A stretch of 64,000 nt of DNA from Octopus vulgaris (Eukaryota), in NCBI GenBank assembly GCA_951406725.2, contig OX597821.1, positions 98,518,001-98,582,000 of the forward strand, written 5' to 3'. The notes under the pieces are model-generated. The model was not told the origin of the DNA and did not search any database. It saw only the letters and a program-made list of their open reading frames with translations. Of the stretch, positions 53,585 to 64,000 are shown one piece after another; positions within the stretch are counted from its first letter, which is position 1, and every line of letters begins with the position of its first letter. Position numbers and translations under genes: made by a program.

Positions 53585-54295
53585 TAAATACAAAATGGGA
53601 CAAGAACGCAAAACATCCGGACAGTTAGGTGATACAAAAATGGGACAACAAAACATCCAGATAGACAATACAAAGAAAACAAGGACTGGTCATTCAAAGT
53701 TTTCTTTCCTCAGTCAAATACCAGATTATCTTCGCAATTTCGGCTGATAATACTTGAGATTGCTCCAATCTAGCTAGCCCCAAGAAAAAACTAAGCTAAG
53801 AGCATTTAGATTCCTTGGAAGAAAGCAGCAAATGTATGCAAAAACAAGGACGGGAAAAAATGAACAATGTTACACAAAAACAATAAAAATAATAACAGGA
53901 CATAGCAACGGTGTCTTTCGACTAAGGATGAATTAAATTAAGCTGGTGTGAGCTTAGTCGAAAGACACCTGTTGTTATGTCCTCTTATTATTTTTATTCT
54001 ATTTGTGTAACATTGTCCTTTTTTTTCCGTCCTTGTTTTTGTATACATTCACTGCTTTCTTAAAGGAATCTAAATGCTCTTAGCTTAGTTTTTCCTTGGG
54101 GCTGGCCAGATTGGAGAAATCTCAAGTATAATCAGCCGAAATTGCGAAGATAATCTGGTACTTGACTGAGGAAAGAAAACTTTGAATGACCAGTCCTTGC
54201 TTTCTTTGTATCGTTTATCTGGATGTTTTGTTGTCCCATTTTTGTATCACCTAACTGTCCGGATGTTTTGCCTTCTTGTCCAATTTTGTGTTTTA
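53585..54295. repeat. Fold-back of family F: ~340-bp inverted arms (53585-53926 / 53953-54295), 26-bp spacer, in (TA)n
   Basis: Arms are reverse complements with scattered substitutions. Confidence 0.9.
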
Positions 54296-54357
54296 TATAC
54301 ATATATATATATGTGTGTGTGTGTGTGTGTATAGCAGTGTACGTACACTTTGGTCTT

Positions 54358-54436
<79 letters not shown>

Positions 54437-55145
54437 ATATAACTTATATAATACCTTTATAAACATGGCTAATTTGGCGGTTTCTCTGTAAAAACATGAA
54501 AACCTGATGAACAACTTTTAATTGATTTTCAAATCTAATTTGATTCTCATCAGAAGGTTCTAGATCAGTTTGATCAATCCAGTGAAGCAAAAAGCCAGTC
54601 TGTTTATATACTCAACAATCACAGTAGCTATATGTATACATATGTGTGTGTGTATATATATACATATGTATAAATGCAGATGCAGGCATGGCTGTGTGGT
54701 TAAAATATTTACTTCCCAACCACATAGTTTTTGGTTCAGTCCTACTGTCCTACTGTGTGGCACCTTTGGGCAAGTGTGCAAGTGTCTGCTATTATGGCCC
54801 TAGGCAGACCAAATCACTATGAGTGGATTTGTTAGACAGAAACTGAAAGAAAGCCTGTTATATATATGTATGTGGATGTGTACCTGTTTATGTCTGTTTG
54901 TTTTGGACATTGCATGATAATTGTTAATGACTGTCCCTGTCTGAACAGGTGGTGTTATTCATTTCCAATATTCTGCCAAAATTTGTCTCAGCATGAGAAA
55001 ACATTACTTTGCTTGGAAACAGGTTAGGGTTCATGTCAGGAAGGGGATCCTGCTGTTGAAAATCTACCTCAGTAAATTCTATTTGAACTATGCAAGCATG
55101 GAAACATGGACAATAAGACAATGATGATGATAACGATAAATATAT

Positions 55146-55184
<39 letters not shown>

Positions 55185-55453
55185 GTCGTCGTCATCATTT
55201 AATGTCCAATCATCATCGTCATCATTTAATGTCCACTTTCCATGTTGACATGAGCTAGATAGTTTGACTGGAGCTGATAATCCAGAGGTGCAGATTGTCC
55301 TGAAAACCGGCTGGCGGAAGCTCTGCCTGGGGTTAAACAGTAGTAATGTCGAACAGCCATATTGATGTGGTGATAAACATTACTTCTCAGCATAGTTACA
55401 ACTTTCATCTTTTATTAAGATTTTCTAACTAGCTACTTTGCTTGTTACATATA

Positions 55454-55483
<30 letters not shown>

Positions 55484-55485
<2 letters not shown>

Positions 55486-55862
55486 AGTTCAGCAACAATT
55501 TAGATTCAAATGAATATGGTACTTAATTTAGATGCACCAGAATTTTGTATGGTGTTATCCATAAAAATTTGCGGGGTGATTATAATAAAAAATAAGCAAA
55601 AAGAATGACTCCAGTAATTTGGTACAATTGTTTCGCACTACAACATTTTATTAAAAGTTGTAAGTATTACAGCAGATTTAATATGTTGAGTGCTCTTCAG
55701 CCAATTATATAGGTTTTCCAATGTATTATTGGAAAATCTATATAATTGGCTGATGAGTACTCAGCATCTTAAATCTGCTGTAATACTTACAAACATTTAA
55801 TAAAATGATGTAGTGTGAAACAATTGTACCAAATTACCGGAATCATTCTTGTTGCTTATTTT

Positions 55863-55865
<3 letters not shown>
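55484..55865. mobile_element. Fold-back Penelope-like element (family I): arms about 55587-55722 / 55728-55863 plus a unique extension on the left, in (TA)n
   Basis: Centre ttttccaat-gtatt-attggaaaa; HHR in each arm. Confidence 0.82.
55619..55704 (-). ncRNA. Type I hammerhead ribozyme (mirror on + strand at 55746-55832)
   Basis: Minus strand: ttgg CTGAAGA gcact...agtgc GAAAC aatt GTA ccaa; plus strand: ttgg CTGATGA gtact...agtgt GAAAC aatt GTA ccaa. Confidence 0.85.
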
Positions 55866-55904
<39 letters not shown>

Positions 55905-56558
55905 CTTTCTCGAATCATTCATAAATCATGTTTTTTTCTTTCTTTCTCGTTGCCTTCCAACTAGTAAAATGTAATCTTTCTCATTCAAATAGACTGTATG
56001 CAGTGGCTCAACCTAAGATAGACTATACAATGTTGGTAGACTTGCTTCTTCTACCTTTCTTTTACTAAATGTACTTTGAGAATGTTTTCTTAGTGATGTT
56101 GTTTGAAATAGTTTGTATATAAGTATAGTTTGTTATGAATTTCCTGGTCAGTTGATGTAAGACATTGTGCTACCATTTTACATGTATTGTGTCCTGATAC
56201 ATGATGTAGTTGGTTGCACACAGGTTATACAAGGGACATGACTCATTGCTAACATAAGTTGGACAGATCCTTACAAACCAAATCAGTTCTTAACTGGAGT
56301 TACTGATCAAGAGAGTGAATAAAAGAGAGTGGTGCCAGAAAAATCAGGAAGAGAGGAAGTAAATGAAAGGCAGTTATGGCAGCTATATGTTGTTTGCTGG
56401 TAAGGGAGTTGAATAGAAACACAGCATGAGCATAGGATGGAGGAAAAAAAGGTGATGTATGTCAACAATGAGTATTTAGAGATGGAGTAGTGTGAGAGAG
56501 AGAAAATGTGCTAGTGCCATGTAAAAACTAAACAGAAAATTCATTTCAAACTATGCTT

Positions 56559-57095
56559 ATAATAATAATAATAATAATAATAATGAAATTATTGTATATA
56601 GTGCTCAGGTGCACCACAACTTGTCAGAAAGTGCGTATAAATTATATGCAGTAATGTACAAATGTCTGGAAAGCGAACAATGTATGAGTCAGATACATGC
56701 TTGTGTGTGTATGGAGGGGAGAAAATCAGGTGTAGTGTTGGCGAATCTCAGGAAGCATGGAAGTTTTGAAGGATGCAGTGCTCCGACAACTAACAACTGA
56801 TGCCGGTAGTTTGTTCCATGCTTCAGCAACTCTCAGCGTGAAAAGATGTTTCCTAAAGTCATGGGAGCTGTGCTGTTTTCTGACTTTGTAAATATGCCCA
56901 CGGGTGTTAGACGGGTGGAGTTTGAAAAAGTGCTCAGAGTTATTGTTTGTAAGATGGTTGATAATTTTAAGGGTGTCTGCCAAGTCAGCTGCTAGACGTC
57001 GGAGTTTCAATGTATCCATGCCCAGGGAAGTAAGGCATTCAGAATATGGCAAATGCCTTATGGAGGGTATTCTTTTGGTTGCACGTTGCTGAACT
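56559..57095 (-). pseudogene. 5'-truncated CR1-group LINE with (att)n tail; older relative fragmented by SINEs at about 61040-61990
   Basis: QQRATKRIP...LPYSECL..LGMDTLKLRRLAADL...TRGHIYK...RKHLFTLRVAEAWNKLP. Confidence 0.85.
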
Positions 57096-58184
57096 ATTGT
57101 TGTTTGACTATTTCAAACAACATCACTTAGGAAACATTCTCAAAGTACATTTAGTAAAAGGAAGATAGAAGAAACAAGTCTACCAACATTTTATGGTCTC
57201 TCTTAGGTATACTGTATATTGTAAAATGATGGATAGCAATAATAATGATAGTAGGAAAAACCCAGTAATAAATGTAATGTGAGTAACCTGGAAGAATAGG
57301 GGTGATGGCTAGCAGTACGTAAGAGTGATGGTAGGGAATAGTGAATAGAAAGAAAGACAATGCTAGCCCTCATTACACAGGTGTTGTGATGGAAGAGAGG
57401 TAGTACAAAAGGCAGTGAGTATGAACATATCTGATGTCATTCTTTGTAACACAAGGCAGCGTGGTACAGTGACGAGAAGGTAATAAAAGAAGGTGTAGGA
57501 AACTCAACAAGAGCATACTGGGTAAGAGACCTAAATGTGTGCCGGTGGCACGTAAAAAGCACCATCCGATTGTGGCTGTTTGCCAGCCTCGCCTGGCCCC
57601 CGTGCCGGTGGCATGTAAAAAGCACCATCCAATCGTGGCCGTTTGCCAGCCTCGTCTGGCACCTGTGCCGATGGCATGTAAAAAGCACCCACTACACTCA
57701 CGGAGTGGTTGGCGTTAGGAAGGGCATCCAGCTGTAGAAACGTTGCCAGATCAGACTGGGCCTGGTGCAGCCTTCTGGCTTCCCAGACCCCAGTTAAACC
57801 GTCCAACCCATGCTAGCATGGAAAGCGGACGTTAAACGATTATGATGATGATGATGATTGCACTGCCCTGTCTCCATAGCTACCACCCTTTTAGTGTATT
57901 TTGCAATGTTTGCATAGGTGGGTTGATTGACCTTCTCCAGCACATACCCCACCACTCGTCATAGGTTTTGCCATCTCCGTTCTGAGATTCAACACCTTGG
58001 GATCACTCCTTACCACTTCATACCATGCTTAGGTGTCCCTCTTCTACAGGTTCCATCCACTGTGAGTGCTCAGTACTGCTGTAAGCAACTGGCATCCTCT
58101 ATTCAAATCAGATACCCATTTTCTCTCATGCACACTACATCTGAAACCTCTTAAATGCAACTTTGGTCTTCTTCTCTCTGTTTC

Positions 58185-58185
<1 letters not shown>

Positions 58186-58215
<30 letters not shown>

Positions 58216-58625
58216 TGTATGTATGTATGTATGTATGTATGTATGTATGTATGTATGTATGTATGTATGTATGTATGTATGTATGTATGTATGTATGTAT
58301 GTATGTATGTATGTATGTATGTATGTATGTATGTATGTATGTATGTATGTATGTATGTATGTATGTATGTATGTATGTATGTATGTATGTATGTATGTAT
58401 GTATGTATGTATGTATGTATGTATGTATGTATGTATGTATGTATGTATGTATGTATGTATGTATGTATGTATGTATGTATGTATGTATGTATGTATGTAT
58501 GTATGTATGTATGTATGTATGTATGTATGTATGTATGTATGTATGTATGTATGTATGTATGTATGTATGTATGTATGTATGTATGTATGTATGTATGTAT
58601 GTATGTATGTATGTATGTATGTATG

Positions 58626-58654
<29 letters not shown>
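58186..58654. repeat. ~470-bp essentially perfect (TATG)n array
   Basis: Directly visible. Confidence 0.99.
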
Positions 58655-58656
<2 letters not shown>

Positions 58657-58848
58657 TGGGAACGTTTACGAAAATAAACAAAAGACGAAGGCAGGTGGAG
58701 TACAAACAAACAAATGTATTAGTATAGTGGTCAGGAATAGAAATAGAACAAGTCTTTTATGTTTCGAGCCTACGCTCTTCGACAGAAAGATACACAGAAA
58801 AGAAACAAGGAGAGAAAAAAATGCGTGTAGGAGCTAACGATCTATCAT
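58655..58848 (-). mobile_element. Short Penelope-like remnant with ultra-minimal HHR-like motif at 58753-58790
   Basis: Minus strand: tcttt CTGTCGA a gagc-gtag-gctc GAAA ca T A aaaga. Confidence 0.5.
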
Positions 58849-59451
58849 GTGTGTGTGTATGTGTGTATGAATGTATGTATGTACGTACATACGTATGTAT
58901 CAATCATCATCATCATCATAAAGACTACTTTTCCATGCTTGCATGGGTCAGATGGGACTGTGTTGGAACAGATGCTCTTCCTGGCACCAACCTTCACCTC
59001 TTTCCAAGCAAGGTAGTGATCCTCCAGTTTATTGAACAACAAATCACTTGACATTGTTACATGGAGGACTGAAACAAATTACACTATTTGAATGTGCTTT
59101 TTCAGTTTCCTAGATCACGCAAAATGTGTATCCATGGATGTGTGTATACATACATACATAAATACACACACAGACAGACTGACAGATAGATAATGGTATC
59201 ACACAAACTGGCACCTGTGACAGTGACATGTAAAAGCACCCATTTTACTTGTAGTGGTTGGCACTGTGATAATCTCCATGGCAACCTTACATATATAATA
59301 ATAGCAAAATTGTTCAGCCCTTATCAGTGGTTGGCATTAGGAAGGGCATCCAGCCAGAGAAAACCATACCAAATCAGACTGATTTGGTATGCCAGCCTGG
59401 TCAAACCATCCAACACATGCCAACATAGACAACGGACATTAAATGATGATG

Positions 59452-59483
<32 letters not shown>

Positions 59484-59511
59484 TGTATATACAGTATAAT
59501 GCATAATACAT

Positions 59512-59542
<31 letters not shown>

Positions 59543-60100
59543 GCAGGCATTGCTGTGTGGTAAGAATCTTGCTTCCCTTCCACACGGTTCCATGTTCAGT
59601 CCCACTGTGTGGCACTTTGGGCAAGTGTCTTTTACTATAGCCTCAGGCCAACCAAAGCCTTGTGAGTGGATTTGGTAGATGGAAACTAAAAGAAGCCCGT
59701 CATATATATATATATATATGTGTATATGTATATGTTTATATCTGTGTGTGTTTTTGTCCCTCCATCACCACTTGACAACCAGTGTTGGTGTGTTTACATC
59801 CCTGTAACTTAGTGGTTTAGCAAAACAGCCCAATAGAATAAGTACTAGACTTTAAAAGTTAAGCCCTGGGGGTCGATTTGTTCAATTAAAACCTTTTGAG
59901 GTGGTGCTCCAGTATGACCACAGTTAAATGACTGAAACAAGTAAAAAGAATATATATATATATATATATATAAATAATTTACAAGATAAGGGCAGAAGAA
60001 AAATTCTAATGCCAAATATGCCGAAACAAAAAATTGTCGATAACCATTATAATTTATGCGTCTCGAAACAAACCGATAGAAATCTCTAAAAAATTCGTTA

Positions 60101-60162
60101 TTACCGTATTGGTCCAATTTTGGGGTTAATTCATAAGAAAATTTTCCCCTCTTCAGCGGCAA
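60101..60162 (-). ncRNA. Type I hammerhead motif (family J) with G12->A CpG-type decay, in an element at about 59975-60240
   Basis: Minus strand: ttgccg CTGAAGA gggg...cccc AAA Attg-gac-caaT A cggtaa. Confidence 0.7.
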
Positions 60163-62060
60163 ATACGCGAGATATAAGCGAAATACTTACTCATACCCAT
60201 GGAAAAAGCAAGCACGAAGTCCTGAGCAGACCTACCTACACATTATATAATGTATATGTACATATATATATATATATACTATGTATATATTTATATACAT
60301 ACACATATATGATGTATAAACAGATGTATGTGTGTGAATGTACATGCATCATTAACAGGTTTTGTGTGCAATTATACTCCCATGGACTAATGTGTTCAAT
60401 CATAATAGAAACATTGGTTGGTTACTTGTCCCCACAACAGTCTCACTGAATGATATTTACCTAAACCGTTACCTTAAAGCTTAACCATACTCTTTACCCT
60501 TAAAACCCAAACCTACACCTTAAACACTATCCTTAACTGAAATCATAACTTTGAATCCAAAATTTAACCTAGATTCCAATCTCTTACTTTTATTCATAAA
60601 TCGTAATCAAATGTAATCCTAACTCTGTCTGCCGAAGCATGACCTTAAACGTGAAAGTCACTCCTGATAAACCACCTCTGATGATCTCCATGGCAACCTT
60701 GCATATATAAAAATAGCAAAATTATTCAGCCCTTATCAGCTGCTGACCCACTAAAAAGGTTTACTATGGCCCTATTAAAATACTTATCACTCACACATGG
60801 AGTAGTGCTGTTGTTATTTATACACACAGCCATATCAGACCCACATTAAAGAACTGATCACATTGCTGAAGAAGTGTACCACAACGTGGTTAGGAAATGT
60901 CAAGAGAAGACAGAAAGCTGCCATGGGTCAAGTAGAAAAAGACAATGAAATTAATGAAAGCTAAAAGTAAATACACAGTTCGCAGACTAAAACGTAAGAA
61001 AGCAGCAGAGTGAACATTAAAAGAGCCAAGACGCATAGACATGTCAGGAGTAAAGTTTATGAATTTCAGGGAGTGTGGAGTTTTTGAAGAATGCAGTTTT
61101 CTGAATGTTAACATAGGCGCAGGAGTGGCTGTGTGGTAAGTAGCTTGTTTACCAACCACATGGTTCTGGGTTCAGTCCCACTGTGTGGCACCTTGGGCAA
61201 GTGTCTTCTACTATAGCCTCGGGCCGACCAAAGCCTTGTGAGTGGATTTGGTAGATGGAAACTGAAAGAAGCCCGTCGTATATATGTATATATATATATA
61301 TGTATATGTATGTGTTTGTGTGTCTGTGTTTGTCCCTCTAGCATTGCTTGACAACCGATGCTGGTGTGTTTATGTCCCCGTTACTTAGCGGTTCGGTAAA
61401 AGAGACCGATAGAATAAGTGCTGGGCTTACAAAAGAATAAGTCCCGGGGTCAAGTTGCTCGATTAAAGGTGGTGCTCCAGCATGGCTGCAGTCAAATGAC
61501 TGAAACAAGTAAAAGAGTTAACAACAGATGCGGATAGTTTATTCCATGCTTCAACAATTTTGGGTATAAAGAAATGTTTCCGAAAGTTATGGATGTTGTG
61601 CTGATTTTTTATTTTATAAGTTAGGAAGGGCATCCATCTATAGAAACCAAGGCAAATCAGATTGGAACTTGGTGCAGCTCTTTGGCTTGCCAGCTCTGGT
61701 CGAACCATTCAACCCATGCCAGCATGGAAAACAGATGTTAAAGGATGATGATGATGATTAAGTGTGTCTATGCACTCATAGACACACTTAATCATCATCA
61801 TAGAGATTTTGAATTGAAAATGGTGGCCAAAGTTGTTGCTAGAAAGAAGGTGGATAATCTTGTGGGCTCCTAACAAGTCAGCTGCTAGATGTTGGATCTT
61901 TAGTGTGTTGATACCCAGAGAAGAAATATGTTCAAGATATAGTAAGTGATTGACTAAGGGTTTTCTGTCTGGTTACAAACATCTTTGACTACAAGGGTCT
62001 AGGATGTTTATAACCAGACAAAAGCACTCTGCACAATTAATTTACATGGACCAGTACTAC

Positions 62061-62093
<33 letters not shown>

Positions 62094-62825
62094 AGTATTG
62101 TAGTCCCACATTCGTGCACTGCTTTGGCACATAAAATGCACCATCCAATTGTGGCCGTTGCCAGCCTCGTGTGGCACGTAAAAAGCACCCACTACACTCT
62201 TGGAGTGGTTGGCGTTAGGAAGGGCATCCAGCCGTAGAAGCACTGCCAGATCAGACTGGAACCTGGCGCAGCCTTCTGGCTTCCCAGACCCCAGTTGAAC
62301 CGTCCAACCCATGCTAGCATGGAAAAACGGACGTTAAACGATGAGGATGATAATGTTTACTATTATACAAACATCCTTGACAACATAGATATGAAACAAT
62401 TTTACTGGAATGATTCCCTCAGAAATGCCCTACAATCAGAAGCTCCCCAATACAATGTTTCTACTTGCTTTTTCTTTTCCTGACTCTAAAACAGCCTGTA
62501 ACCCTTGAACTGATGAGCTGTATCTTTTCACACAAGCCTCATTCAACGTACTCATCTCACCTTCCCTCCCATCATGCCTACTGATAGATCTCTTCACTTG
62601 CTCTTTACTCTTTACTCTTTTACTTGTTTCAGTCATTTGACTGCCGCCATGCTGGAGCACCGCCTTTGGTCGAGCAAATCGTCCCCAGGACTTATTCTTT
62701 GTAAGCCCAGTACTTATTCTATCAGTCTCTTTTGCCGAACCGCTAAGTGACGGGGACGTAAACACACCAGCATCGGTTGTCAAGCCATGCTAGAGGGACA
62801 CACACAAACATATACACACACATAC

Positions 62826-62880
<55 letters not shown>

Positions 62881-64000
62881 TATACGACAGGCTTCTTTCA
62901 GTTTCCATCTACCAAATCCACTCACAAGGCTTTGGTCGGCCCGAGGCTATAGCAGAAGACACTTGCCCAAGATGCCACGCAATAGGACTGAACCCGGAAC
63001 CATGTGGTTGGTTAGCAAGCTACTTACCACACTGCCACATAAATTTCTCATCCTTCTGCTTAACAACTCAAAACTTCAGGAATTCCTTTCATGTCCACAT
63101 TTTCCCGGCAGACATTGATCTACAAGTCTTCAACTGGAACTTCGACCACATCAGTTTCACCAATCCTAACAGGTTTACGAAAATTATTGACTAAATCCAT
63201 TCCTCCTCTCACTGACTTATCTAAACTTCTACTAAATCTAATCCCTAAATCCAACTCCTAGGCCTGAACTACTAACGTCCCTAACCATCTATACTGTAAA
63301 TTCAATATAGACACAAACTGTTCATGGCTGACGAAAGTTAAGGGAGAGAACTGCCTTCTGACTACTGATTTTGGTAATCTGCATTGTTCTCTGATCTTCC
63401 TAATCTGATTAAATAACCGTATTGTTGTCACGATCACACAATTGACGTATAACACAATGTATGAAAAACACTATGAACTTTTGATTTTTGAGTTCAGGCC
63501 TTGTCATCATCATTGTCTTGGTTGCCGTTAATATCACGGCTTATCCGTTTCATCTGTATTTACATTCTAAGTTCAAATTCCTCCGAGGTCCACTTTGTCT
63601 TTCATCCTTTCGAGGGTTGCTAAAATATGTGCTAGTTGAGCACTCGGCTCAATATAATCAACTTACTTCCTTCCCCCGAATTAGCTGGCCTTGTGCCAAA
63701 ATGTGAAACTCATCACGATCACCAATTTTATCGCATGAACATACCTTTTTCTCCATATTCCCACTGTCTTCTACCAGGCATTTTCTTTATACCTCTCTTA
63801 TTGTCTTATCATAAATTATCGTTGTTGCAATCGTCATCACCATTACCTGATTAAAGTTACCACTCAGTAGTGTTTTTCCATTTATCCCCAATTCCCCTCA
63901 ATGCTTCTTTTAGTTTAAAGAACTAGGTTTAAAAGGCAAAAGAACAGATTCAATATGTACATGTGCCAGTATTGAATCACCTTGATATTTCATTAATCAA

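Noticed and set aside
60455-60625. Telomere-like (CCCTAA) array (similar at about 63225-63290)
   Set aside because: Too degenerate to call an interstitial telomere; no run of exact units.

Overview
AT-rich, microsatellite-dense eukaryotic DNA with no recognisable intact host protein-coding gene. The repeat content (three tRNA-headed SINE families, one (GAT)n-tailed retroposon family, (TA)n/(TATG)n/(CA)n tracts) strongly suggests an octopus genome; this is an inference. The window is a nested mosaic of SINEs, decayed LINEs (RTE, R4/Dong-like, CR1-group), a deleted Gypsy-like LTR element, mariner/maT relics, and three MITEs with clean target-site duplications (piggyBac-, hAT- and Merlin-type). 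The main unannotated signal is a high density of type I hammerhead ribozyme (HHR) motifs. I parsed about 16 by hand in about 10 sequence-unrelated short elements. Most sit next to (TA)n tracts, and four of these elements are fold-back palindromes with an HHR on each strand. One family has a swapped G3-C8 core, and one of its copies inserted with a 13-bp TSD into a decayed Penelope-like (Naiad-type) GIY-YIG ORF. This fits a radiation of Penelope-derived, ribozyme-bearing non-autonomous retroelements. A few weak minus-strand exon candidates lie at 12-20 kb. All RNA folds and family names were assigned by eye; none was computed or searched.
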